A stretch of DNA of 64,000 nt from Azolla caroliniana. Its lineage: Eukaryota; Plantae; Polypodiophyta. Position numbers and translations under genes: made by a program. Shown here one piece after another: positions 37,656 to 49,994 of the stretch. The DNA lies in NCBI GenBank assembly GCA_043228905.1, contig JBHGNT010000015.1, positions 15,686,001 through 15,750,000 of the forward strand, read 5' to 3'. The notes under the pieces are model-generated. The model was not told where the DNA came from. It searched no databases and saw only the letters and a list, made by a program, of their open reading frames with translations. Position 1 is the first letter of the stretch; each line of letters opens with the position of its first letter.

Positions 37656-40600
37656 TTCTATTATCGTCTTCCAAGGTCAAATATGACAGGCTATGATACC
37701 AAAAAAAATCATTTCACATAATACATGTGAAAGTGAGTAGTGGCTCTCAATGTTCAAGAACTTTACCAATGAAGATTGCAATTGAGAGTGCACATTGTGG
37801 TTGTTAGAGAAATTCATGCGAAGATTTGCCGTGGTCGAAGATGTGTGGAAAGCATGGTCAAATATGATCAAAGCCAATGCATTGTATCAAAGAGTGATAC
37901 TCAGACTCTCGAACCTGTTTAGGGCAAAGTATGCATAGTCGACCGCTTTCATCACTTGTGCCCCAACGCCCTATCTCACATCACAATGCATGGGACCTAA
38001 GTTGCATGGAAATAGTGGTTCGGATGACAAACAATGAGATGGGCTCTAACATGTATTGATGTGTAAGATCTCCCCATTCGGCAAAGAATATGATTTTGTA
38101 GTTAGGGTGCAACATGTGTAGTATAATGTGTAAACCATGAACCTACACATTTTTTCCATGTCATGATACATTGTGTTGCAAAAAGGCCTCATTTATAGAG
38201 GAATCTAGTGATGCATCATAAAGCAAGTGTGTTGTATCCCATCTTGTAAAAGAATAGCGTGCGGAAGCAATAGAAAACCGAAAAACAGAAACGCAGGTTT
38301 AATGGAGAGCTTGAATATACACAGTACACGGGAGAGACAGAGAGAGAGAGAGAGCACACAGTAATTCAATTAAAAAATAATACTCAATCTGTACATTGTA
38401 TGTGTTCAGTGAACACTTTTATACAAGTCCAAAGTCCATACGGACTGACAGAAGTACGGTGTACTTCAATGCTCACACAAGCGTCTAACACTAACTATGA
38501 GACATTAACTACCTAGTAGTCTAGGCTGCTACTAAGCTTCTGATTACTGATGGATCCAGCTAACCGGCTCACCGACCCGGCTCATCCTTTCGAATGTCGA
38601 TCCGGCTTAGGCTTATTCAGCCGATTCGGGTCCAGTTGAGCTTGCCACTCAACACTCCCCCTCAAGCTCAACTTGAGGTTAGATCGTAGTGTCAGTCTCC
38701 ATGGCAGCCGGTCCTTCCACCCGTCTCCTTCTGGCGTCACTCCGCCTCGCTCGCGCTCCTCGTCCGGTCTGGTCCCGTTTGCCGTGACCCTTCTGTTTCT
38801 TCGCACCTCGACCACCTTGATCGGCCTGTCTGTTGAACAGGCCCAAATCGGCTCCCTCGCTACTGTGACTTCGGCGCTTGTCAATTCGCCGATTCCTTCG
38901 TGTTGGCGTCGACTTTTGCTGCCTTCTCGTCCTCTTGGCCTTGAATTGATCCGGTTCTTCCGAATCCGTCTGTTGAACCGAATCGACAGTCTCTGATTCG
39001 TTCTAGCTCTTGTCCAAATCGGTCACTCCCAATTCGTCTTTCGGTTCCAGGCTCTTCACCACATCGGACCATGTCCGGGTCTTGGCCTTCTTCTTCCAGT
39101 CGGTTCTGTCATTCTTGACTCTGCCACCATTGCCGCTTGTTTCGACTTGTTCGGACGTGTCAACTTCCTTTGTCGACTCGGCTCCTTTCTTCGTCTTATC
39201 TCTCCCTCTGTCAGTTCTTCCCTCATTGGCGCAATCGGCAATTTCTTTGCCTTTGCCCGTTCTGGTGTCTTTGCCCGTTCTTCCCCTCAAGTGTGGCACG
39301 TCGAGATGCTGAACACGAAGCATTTCGGTGAAGTGCTGCAACTTGTCTGATCCGAGCAATTTGGTGAAGATGTCGGAAACTTGCCGATTCGTATGAACAT
39401 ACCAAAGTTCGACTTCACCGCTCAGGACACGCTCACGCAAAAAGTGATAGTGCACTTCTATGTGCTTTGTGCGAGCATGGAATACGAGGTTCTTGGCGAG
39501 CTGCATGCCGCTTATGTTGTCACAATAGATCAAGATCGGGGTCGACACCTCGATCCGCAGGTCTTGCAGCAGTCGCCGAAGCCAAATGGCTTCACAGGTG
39601 GCAACGGTAGCACCCCGGTATTCAGCTTCAATGCTCAAAAGGGCCACTGTTGGCTGCTTTTTGCTGCTCCACGCAACAACCGCGCTACCAAGGGAAAACA
39701 TATAGTCGGAGGTGGATCGGCGATCCAATGCATCGCCGGCCTAGTCGGCATCGGTGTAGCCGACTAGCTCTTTGGTTATACCATGTGGTATAACAATCCC
39801 CGTTCCTTCGTGCCGCTCACATATCGCAAAATTCGATGCGCGCATAGAAGGTGCTCCACGGTCGGCTTTTGCATATATTCGCTGATCACACCGACCAAAT
39901 AACTGATGTCGGGTCGGGTGATTATCAAATATATAAGGCTTCCGACGATTTGTCGGAACCGCTTCTCATCGTAGGCCGGTCTGGAGTCGGGACGGAGCTT
40001 CTGGTTCCAGTACAGGGGTGTGGAGATCGGGCGGCATTCCGTCATGCGGCATGCTGAACTTGTACAACATATTTAACACATAGTGTCTTTGTGAGAGAAA
40101 TATGTTGTCGGGGGTTCGGATCACCTCGATCCCAAGGAAATAGTGAAGGTCCCCCAGGTCCTTCATCCCAAATGCGTCCGACAGCTGGGACTTGAGTCAA
40201 CTGATTTCATCGAATCCGGGTCCGGTGATGACTAGATCATCAACATACAACAAGATGCAAACCAGACCGTCCGGACCTTGCCGGATGAATAACGAAGAGT
40301 CAGACTTGGAGGCCACGAACCCCATCTTATGCAACCGGTGCGTGATCTTGGCATTCCAAGCTTGGGGGGCTTGCTTCAGGCCATAAAGTGACTTCTTCAG
40401 CCGGCATACGACTGACTTGGTCATCCCCGACTGGAAACCGGGGGGGGTTGGGTCATAAAGACCTCTTCTTCAAGATCGCCTTGAAGAAATGCATTCTTCA
40501 AGTCCATATGGTGAAGATGCCACCTCCTTGCCACAACAACTGCTAGCGCCACACGAACCGTAGTCATCTTTGCTACCAGAGCGAAGGTCTCGTCGTAGTC

Positions 40601-43600
40601 GATTCCTTGGGTCTGCACATATCCCTTCACCACTAACCGGACCTTGTACCAGTTAACCGAACCATCGACATTGTACTTAACCTTGTACACCCACTTACAT
40701 CTGATCGGTTTACAGTGTCGGGGAGGGTCAACTAGGTCCCATGTGTCGTTGGCATCAAGTGCCCACATTTCTTCCTCCATAGCGGCACGCCAATTTGCGT
40801 CCCTTGCCACTTCTGCATAGCTCTCCGGCTCATGCACTTCTGCCACCTTGGTCATGTACGCATAGTGATGCGCCATGTACTCATTGTACCCGTACCGCTT
40901 CATGGGGTTCTTCTGGTGGGAAGACCGCCGTAACTTATCGTTACCCGGTTTGAGGCCCATCTTGGCTGGTTTAGACTTCATTCTCGAAGATCCACCTTCA
41001 TCCTTTCCGGAGTCGGATTCGCTCCGATCCAAGTCAACATTGCCGGTTTCGTATTCCGGCATCTTCTTCTTCCCCTTCTCTTTGTGCGTGAACCGTCTCC
41101 TCGGTTCCTTGCGCGGGGAGAGCACAACAGAGTCTCCATTACTCGCTGGTTCCTCATCCGACTGGTCATCCCGACTCAGCCACTCATTTAGTCCACTTAA
41201 CCGAAATGAGATCGGACTCTCTTCTAGAGTGCCGAGGTCTTCATCTTTTATCTGGACCGGTTCAGGCTCACTAGCTTCATCCTCCGGTATCGGGTCAGGG
41301 TCGGAAGTCGGAGCCAGTAAGGCATACCATGATGCCGTCTCATCAAACTCAACAACTCGGCTAACTCGGACTTGCTTCATCCGGGGGTTATAGCACTTAT
41401 ACCCCTTTTGCGTATACGAGTAACCGACCAGGATGCATTTCTCTAACTTTGCATCCAACTTCCTCCGCTTCTCATCCGGCACATGCACATATGCAATGCT
41501 ACTGAATATCTGAAGGTGTCTCAAATTCGGCTTGCGTCTGAAATACAGCTCATGTGCGGACACCTTGTCACCGATCCGGTTTTGGATATAGACGGCCGTC
41601 CGGACCGCCTCAGCCCAGTAGAAATGGGGCATGCTCTTCTCCTCCAGCATTGCCCTGGCCGTGTCGACAATCAACCGATTCTTCCTTTTGGCCACACCGT
41701 TTTGCTACGGTGTGTATCTGCAGCTGATCTCTCTCTGAATTCCTTTTTGCTACAGATAACTGTTGAATTGGCCGGAAAATTATTATTTTCCGCCATCCGA
41801 CCGCAGGCACTTGATCTTCCTCTCCGTTTCTCGTTCAACCAGGTTTTGTAGGTTCCGGAAACACTCGAAGACTTCGCTCTTCCGTTCAATGAGGTAGATC
41901 CATGTGTGCTGGTTGTAGTCGTCGATGAAGGAGACGAAATACCGACTCCCACCAAGACTAACGTTCTGTGTTGGTCCCCATACATCCAAATGAATAAGGT
42001 CGAGCTTGTTACGGCTACGGTTTCGTTCGGTGGGGAATGGAAGCCGATGTTGCTTCCCGAGTTGGCATGCTTCACATATTTCGGCCTTTCGGCCACTGAA
42101 CTTCGGCAAACCGAAAACAACTTGTTTTGTTTGCAGGTCTTGAAGCCTCCAGTAATTGACATGGCCGATCCGCTTGTGCCAGAGATCAATATCCGATTCA
42201 ATCTTTTGTCCTTTGGCGAACAAAGCGGTGCCAACGTCATTGGTGTTGAGGATGAACATCCTCCCTTCTCTACGTCCTTGCGCAATAATCTGGCCCTCTT
42301 CCTCGATGAAGCACCCAAGCTGCGTAAACCGCACCTGCATCCCCTAGTCAACGATCTAACCGACTGACACCAGGTTCTTCGTTATAGTCGGAACGTGTAA
42401 TACGTTCATCAGCTTCCCCTTCTGTCCAAGGTGGCTCAAAGGGACTTCTCCGATAAGCACGATTGGGTGAGGAGTGTCGTCTCTAGTTTCGACGACTCTT
42501 TGTTGTTCTAGTTTCTCCAAGAAAGAGAATCACTCTTTGTGGCTCGTCATGTGATTCGACGCACCGGAATCAACGTACCACACTTCCTCCGATTTGGAAG
42601 TGGTCTTCTTCATCGAGTTAGCATCGTGTTTCATCACCAAGGCTGGCCCTTTACCGGCTTTTCCGGTTTTGGATCCTCCCGATCCTTCTGCGTAGTGCGA
42701 GTATTGCCGGTTCTCTCTGCCGGCTTTGCCGGATTCGGATCTGTCCGAATCGGCGCACTTCTTCCAGCACTCACTTTCTCTATGGCCCTTTTTACCACAT
42801 TACCAACATTCCGTGTCGGCCTTTGCTTGCTGGCCTCCGGCGCCGCCTTGACTCCCCCTGCTTGTGGAGGGTTCAGAACTGTTGTCAATATGTTCTTTGT
42901 GCCTTCAGTCCTACTCTTGCCAGCTGCTACCATTGCGAGCCAACCTGCCTCGTCCACCATGCCCATGGGGCCAATCCACCTCCGTGTACAACATCTAGCT
43001 GTCGGTGGGTGCACTTGGTCACACACCGACGTGGTTCTCCTCCACAATGACCATCGACTGTAAGTCGAAAAATGACGGCATATTCTCCCGTGTACACACA
43101 ACAGTTCGGAATGCTTTGAACTTTGATGCCAGTTCCCCAAGACAGATCTGCACCATCTCACCTTCTTCGACGTTCACATCGATAGAGGCTAAGGAGTCGC
43201 ATATCTCTTTGATCTCCAAGGTGTAATCAGCCACCAACAAGTCGCGTTGTCGTAGGTTGCTCAGCTTCTGTCGGAGTTGAAGCTTCCTAACTGTAGTGCT
43301 TGCGGCGAAAATCTTCTTCAGATTTCCCCTAGCATCTTTCGGCGTTCTTGCATCCTGAATGTAGCTTAGGAGTTGTTTGCTCACACAAGACGCGAAGCAG
43401 TACAATACTCTACTCACAGACTGTTCCCACGCCGAGAAATCTTTGTGTGTCGATTCAGGTGTTGTGTCATTTGCTCTGTTGACATAGCTCCAGTAACCGT
43501 GCTCGAGTAGGTACTGGTGCATCTTGTAGGACCAAGACGCGTAGTTTCTGTCGAGCTTCTCCGTTGGAAGCGAGCTAGCCATGCCTCTATCCATCGGTTT

Positions 43601-44754
43601 TACATGTTCTTCTTGGTTGGTTTTCCTTTCAAGCTAGGTTGGCTGTAGAGGTTCTCAACCCTCGTGCTCTGATACCATGTAAAAGAATAGCGTGCGGAAG
43701 CAATAGAAGACCGAAAAATAGGAACGCAGGTTTAATGGAGAGATTGAATATACACAATACGTGGGAGAGACAGAGAGAGAGAAGAGAGCACACAGAAATT
43801 CAATTAAAAAATAATACTCAATCTGTACATCATATGTGTTCAGTGAACACTTTTATACAAGTCCATACGGACTGACAGAAGTATGGTGTACTTCAATGCT
43901 CACACAAGCGTCTGACACTAACTATGAGACATTAACTACCTAGTAGTCTAGGCTGCTACTAGGCTTCCGGTTAATGATGGATCCGGCTAACCGGCTCCCC
44001 AGCTCACCGGCTCACCGATCCGGCTCATCCTTCCGAATGCCGATCTGGCTCGGGCTTATTTAGCCGATCCGGATCTGGTTGAGCTTGCCACTTAACACAT
44101 CTACCAAACCCTTTTCCCATATCTTACATCCAACCGGAACACAAAGTTTTGCTTTTATGCGTCTTGTGGATCTTTTTGCTTACTTCCCATGCAATTCTAG
44201 GAAAGTCGATGTGAGAGACTTTTTTTAACCTTAAGCATATATTCAACAACCCTTTCCATGGCCATGATCTCAATAGGAAATTATCTCATCTCAAGGAGGA
44301 GGAGGGTATATGGCGTTTGTTTCTTAACTTGTAGAAACTTTGTAAGAAAATGTTTGGGACATTTTCAAACTCTTCAAGTAGATTTAGGGATGCTACCATC
44401 CCATACTTCCACCCCATAGAGAAGCATTAGTGTCACCAAGTGTCGAAAAGGTATTTCTTGAGGGCGCAACAATTAATTTATCCATGATTGCATGTTTTCT
44501 TGAATGCATGATGTTCTCTCTTTCCCGCCTCTAAGCGGCAAGTAGCACATTCATTCCATATATGATTTGAAGGAACTTCAAAGCCAATATATTTGAGCTC
44601 TCCACACATTCAAGTGGATCACTATTGTACATAATGCATGGTTTATCTTTTTTTGGCTCTTCACAAGCTTAATCTTTGTGTTAGAGTTATTGACAATTAA
44701 TTTAGTATGCATGCAAAAAATTTCAAATGCCTCCGTATTTGTTGAAAGCACTAC
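37653..44754 (-). mobile_element. RTE-X-like LINE family A copy 2 (37653-38244 plus 44103-44754), split by a copia insertion
   Basis: The two halves match 33550-34135 and 34130-34810 and rejoin at the catct TSD. Confidence 0.9.
38245..44097 (-). mobile_element. Full-length Ty1/copia LTR retrotransposon (frameshifted)
   Basis: LTRs 38245-38654 and 43678-44097 (TG...CA); 5-bp TSD catct at 38240-38244 and 44098-44102; PBS TGGTATCAGAGC at 43666-43677; PPT at 38655-38666. Gag 43019-43594, integrase (LWHKRIGH, HLDVWGP, LRSDGG), RT (CKWVYKVK, LYVDDL), RNase H (YCDN, TKHIEVHYHF). Confidence 0.97.
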
Positions 44755-46240
44755 CTACCTAGATGCCAGTTGAGGCCGAGTAATGAATAGCCTCGGCATT
44801 TTGGACCACGGCTTCCTCCATTAACCTTCTCATCCCCCCTCGCCCAGTGTTCAGCTCAAGGGGTTTCTAGGTCTCGCACGCGTGTACCTGTCGTTCCACA
44901 GGTACACTGTGTTGCTTCTGAATGTTTCAATGAAGTCAGCGCAGTCTCTCCGAATGTGGCCGACAACGTCACACCACATGCATCTCTGGTCTATTGGTGG
45001 GCGCCGATTGCGTGATTGGTCGTTGCCTTCCCTCTGGGCCTTAACAATCTGGAGGTCTCGTACCATCTTCGTTAGCTCCTCCAGAGCTGCACCCCCGGAT
45101 GGCCCCTTTACCACGTCGGTTGAAACCGCGCCCAACTCGAGCCACCTTGCTGTTTCATCTGACCGAGTTAGAATCTCCTCCAACTTCTTCATGATAGTCG
45201 GGTCAAAAGAGTTTGTAGCCGTTTCGACAAGCAGCAGGAATGGAACGACGTGGGGTCGTCGACGGTCGGCCACAGCCCAATCGGTCGTGAGCCCTATGTC
45301 TGTCTCCAAGAGGAGATCCGCCTTCTCTCGATCAAGCGCGTCGATGGACTTAATGAATAATAGGACCTTGCTCGTATCGAGCACGTTCCGGTCCAACGTT
45401 GAGAGCCAAACAAATCGTTTTCTGAACTCCTAGAGGAGCACCGATGTATTCCTCCCCTTTCCGGGGCTCTTGACCCACTCCATGAACTCTCGCTTCGACA
45501 ACCGGAGTGAGTCGTCGAAACCATACCTTTCGAGAAGCCGTGGGAATCCGGACAATCGTCTGTCCTCCGGGATGTCCCTCATTATCATTTCGGCCCAGTA
45601 GGCCTCCAAATAGCTTGTGACGTCCTTAACATTAAATCGGCCTATCGTGCCAACTATCAATTCTATGGCCCTGTCGAGGCCACCTGCGCTCTCCTGCGCA
45701 TTTACTATACGGTCGACGTCCACGGCCATCGCCTCTGCAAGTTCACGTCCTCTCATTTTGAACTCCTTTGTCATCTTGTTCACGTCGGGTTCACCAAATA
45801 TGTCGCGGAAATCCGCGTGTATGTGTTGAAACGAGGTGGGACCTGTCACGAATGGGTAGAATGAGGCTAAGTTCTAAGAGAGAGCATGAGCATAAGCAAG
45901 ACCACAAGATTGTCAAGGACAAGTAGACGAGGCCCAATATTAAGAGATAGCGGGAGAGAGAACTTAGACAAGAGAACAAGCAAGAGAGGGAGAATAGACA
46001 AAAAAACAAGAACTGTATATGCTTTTGTAACTGGTGTTGTTCACCTTGATTGTAATCAAGGTGCACCTCAGTATTTATACAAGAATGTGGAGGTATGCAT
46101 GAAAGCTAGAAGACTTCTAAAGAGTGCATGGAAACTTCTAGAGAGTGCATGAAGATGCATTCTCTAGAAGGTTCTTGAAAGTTCTAGTGATCAATCTATA
46201 ATGAAATAAGTTGAATGTTATACAATACAATAATGCATAG

Positions 46241-46308
46241 ATGGATGTAGCTTAACTGGCAAGGTTGCCCAATAAGACCAAAAGGTCGTGGGTTCAACCC
46301 CCATCTAT
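46241..46308 (+). other. tRNA-like cassette within the chromovirus 3' LTR U3 (antisense to the element)
   Basis: ATGGATG/CATCTAT acceptor-like stem; A box TAGCTTAACTGG; T arm GTGGG-TTCAACC-CCCAT. Confidence 0.75.
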
Positions 46309-48564
46309 GACATTATTCTCCCTCTAAAGCTACTTTTTAGGAACCGCGGCTAGTTTTTGTGGATAACGTTCATGAAATGCTTGAACTATGTCCGGGGCAT
46401 GCTTGAGATGATGTGCTGGCTCCCATGATGCTTCGGAGATCGGGTACCCTTTCTAGAGGACAAGGTATTGAACCTGGCGACGAAAGAGACGAGAATCGAG
46501 AATTTTGTTGGCCTCATATTCTTCTCCGGTTGAGAGTTGGATTGGTGGTGGAGGAGATGGGTGTCGATCGAGGATTTTAGATTTATGGTGAGGTTCCAGA
46601 AGGGAAACATGGAGTACATTATGAATACAGAAGTGGGATGGTAGCTCTAAGCGGATAGCCATGAAACCAAATTTCTCGATGATTCGGAAAGGACATAACT
46701 TCTTGTAATCAAGCTTCGGACAAGGACGAGTGGTGGCAATATTGCGACAGAGAAGCCAAACAAAGTCACCTACCTCGAACCGGGAAGCATCTAAGCGAAG
46801 ACAATCAACTTGCTCCTTGTAGCGTTCGCCGGCGAGGGTGAGCTCCAAGGAAAGATCACGATGTACATCCTCCAAGAGACGTGCCCGGTCCTCCGCAAAA
46901 GGATTGACAGAGTCAAAGGGAAGCGAAATCTTGAAGCGGGGGTGGAGATTGTAGTTTGCGAAAAATGGAGTAACTCCCGTAGATGCATGCAAAGAGTTGT
47001 TGTAGGCGAACTCGACAAGTGGGAGAAGGTCAACCCATTTGTCTTGTTGGTAACTAAGAGAGCACCACAAGTATTGTTCCAAGATTTGGTTAACCCACTC
47101 CATTTTTCCATCGGTTTGCGGATGATAGGCGGAAGACAAATTCAAAGTACAATTGAAGGTTTGCAGAAGGCGCTGCTAGAAATTGGAAACAAATTGTGGT
47201 CCTCGATCAGAAGTGATATCGTCCAGGAGTCCATGTAGTCGAACCAAATTTTTGAAAAACAAATCGGATGTCTCCTCTCTAGTAATGGTTTTGGCACATG
47301 GAGAAAAGTGAGCCATCTTGGTGAAGCAATTGACCATGACGAATATCGAGTCATAACCACCAACAAAGGGAAGGTCAATGATGAAATCCATGGAAAGAGA
47401 GGCCCAAGTCCGTTTGGGGATTGGGAGAGAGTGAAGGAGACCATATGGTCGATGATGAGATGCTTTAGAGCGAGCACAAACGTTGCATGACTTAATGAAC
47501 TCTTTGACCAATTTCCATGGTTGTGGCCACCAGTATCCCCGAGATATCAACTCCAAGGTTTTCGCAACGAAATGACCAACAAGTGGATCATCGTGATACT
47601 CGTGAAGCACCCTCGTTTGACAAGGACCTTCTGGGACATACAAAAGACCTTCTGAATTGTGGATCATCGTGATACTCGTGAAGCACCCTCGTCTGACAAG
47701 GACCTTCTGGGACATACAAAAGATATCAACTCCAAGGTTTTCGCAACGAAATGACCAACAAGTGGATCATCGTGATACTCGTGAAGCACCCTCGTCTGAG
47801 AAGGACCTTCTGAATTGTAAAACGAGCTAAATCGGGCCTTTTGGGTTCATGGGATGGGTTTGTGATACTTGCCTTGACCTCTGTGGAGAACTTGTTAGTC
47901 GTAGTGGCTTCATACTTGTAGTGGGATGGGGAGGAGTTGGAGAAAGCCTAGACGAGGAACTAGGCTCTATAGGTAGAACATTTGTTGATGTAGGAGGAGA
48001 GTTGTTTTTTTCTTTAAGTTCCATCAGTGTTCCAACTTGAAGCTTCCATAATGATTCCCGAAGGTTGTCATTCTCAAGTTGCAGTTGATGCATGGCATCC
48101 ATGTGCTGATTTATTCTCTCGGTAAGATCCGACATGCTGAAGCTGAGAAAATGGGAAGGTGAAAAAACTATCACGAACGGGTGGAATGAGGCTAAGTACT
48201 AAGAGAGAGCGACAACATAAGCAAGACCACAAGATTGTCAAGGACTAGTAGACGAGGCTCAATATTAAGAGACAATGGGAGAGAGAGCTTAGACAAGAGA
48301 ACAAGCAAGAGAGGGATAATAAACAAATAAACAAGAACTGTATATGCTTTCGTAAATGGTGTTGTTCACCTTCATTGTAATCAAGGTGCACCCCAGTATT
48401 TATACAAGAATGTGGAGGTATGCATGAAAGCTAGAAAACTTCTAAAGAGTGCATGGAAACTCTAGAGAGTGCATGAAGATGCATTCTCTAGAAGGTTCTT
48501 GAAAGTTCTAGTGATCAATCTATAATGAAATAAGTTGAATCTTATACAATACAATAATGCATAG

Positions 48565-48635
48565 ATGGATGTAGCTCAACTGGCAAGGTTGCCCAATAAG
48601 ACCAGAAGGTCATGGGTTCAACCCCCACCATTCCA
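48565..48635 (+). other. tRNA-like cassette within the chromovirus 5' LTR U3 (antisense to the element)
   Basis: A box TAGCTCAACTGG; AGGTC; T arm ATGGG-TTCAACC-CCCAC; ends CATTCCA. Confidence 0.75.
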
Positions 48636-49994
48636 TGTGGCATCACATGACCATCGTGATCTCGGACCAAGCAGCATGTAAGGGAAGAGAGATTATCTGG
48701 ATCAGTGTCCTAATATCTTCGCCAGAGCGCAATCCAGAGACGTATATGATCCGGACCAGTCTCCGGATACGATAGAGATTGAGCTCAGACACATGTATTG
48801 TTCCGGACTTGTTGTTGGGTAGGAAGCGATGAGCACACGTGCTTGGGACTCGGATAAATGCGTGACTAGATGGAAACAGAATGGAGATGCAGACTCAACA
48901 CAAAGAGACTAATCGGATAGAGCGAAAATGAAATGGCATTAATCGGGAAAAAGGGATACCACCAAACTCGGTCGGTGATAGAGCTACCCGCTCTCGACAC
49001 ACACGCACGTGCTCGGGACTCGGATAAATGCACGGGCAGATGGAAACAGAATGGAGATGCAAACTCAACACGAAGAGACTAATCGGATAGAGCGAAAACG
49101 AAATGGCATTAATCGGGAAAAAGGGATACAACCAGACTCGGTCGGTGATAGAGCTACCCGCTCTCCACACACACACACACACACACACACCAACTCTAGC
49201 AAACCTTTGATCGGGAGTACACAAGCTTCCTACGCAAAAACAGAGGCCTCACTACCACCCGGCGGATACACAGAATAGGAAACATAAACTTGCAGAGCTC
49301 GGTCCGTCAGCACTTCGTTCTCCAAAGTTTGGATCCCTCCCTCTGTCTTCTCTCCCCCCTTTTATAGCTCCAGGAGAGAGAGGAGTCGTTACATCATGCC
49401 GTTAAGACAACCGCTTTTCTCCCTTATTCTCTCCTCGATATCCTCCAATCAATCAACTTTATCCCTTTATTCGTGTGACCATAAAGTACCTATTAACTCA
49501 CTCATGCCTAGTATTCATCAACATTCAAACTAATACTATGTTATTTACACATGTTTGTACATAAAGACAGTTTCGTGTGCATCCGTGCACACCCCTGTTC
49601 ACGCGCATCCGGCTTCTTTTTCTTCCTATGGCCGGAATCCTTCACGACAACAAGGAAGTCGAGCTGACCGACCATCCGGCCATAGAGCCAAGAAATCTAG
49701 AAAGCCGAAATAAGCAAAACATCGAGACAATCTCTCCGACGACCGGAAGTTGTGTTCAAATGGGTGTGTTGAGAATCAAACCCAACTTCCCCAATGAAAT
49801 GGCTTTCACACTAGCAGTGGACACACTAGGCTAGTTTTGTAAATAGCAAAAAGGGCAAATGCCCTAGGTTAGTTGGTATTTAAACCAACCCTTTGTAACT
49901 AAGTTATTGTTGGATGTAATTTTTTTTTTGTCTAATATAGTTTCTTGTTCTCTTGGCCTTAGAAGACATTAATATATCTTTCTTTCTCTCTTCT

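Larger units (their letters stand above)
45844..48647 (-). mobile_element. Internally deleted Ty3/gypsy chromovirus (Tcn1-like): gag stub, integrase, chromodomain
   Basis: LTRs 45844-46312 and 48169-48647; imperfect TSD ggacc/tgacc; PPT at 46313-46326. Integrase has YWWP, SMDFI, SDRGPQF and AYHPQTDG; chromodomain EEYEANKILDSR...ASWEP. No PR/RT/RH. Confidence 0.9.
44755..49900 (-). mobile_element. Truncated retroelement (probably Ty3/gypsy): gag with CCHC knuckle (44851-45843) and leader/promoter (48653-~49900), interrupted by a chromovirus
   Basis: IGRFNVKDVTSYLEAY...; CMWCDVVGHIRRDC. Leader has a ~165-bp tandem duplication (48835-49170); minus-strand TATA near 49361. Outer ends are unclear. 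Confidence 0.6.

Noticed and set aside
40875-43161. Long antisense and alternate-frame ORFs
   Set aside because: Shadows of the GC-rich copia gag-pol.
46241-48635. Functional tRNA genes
   Set aside because: The anticodon arm does not fold, no anticodon can be assigned, and the units lie inside LTRs; reported as tRNA-like cassettes.
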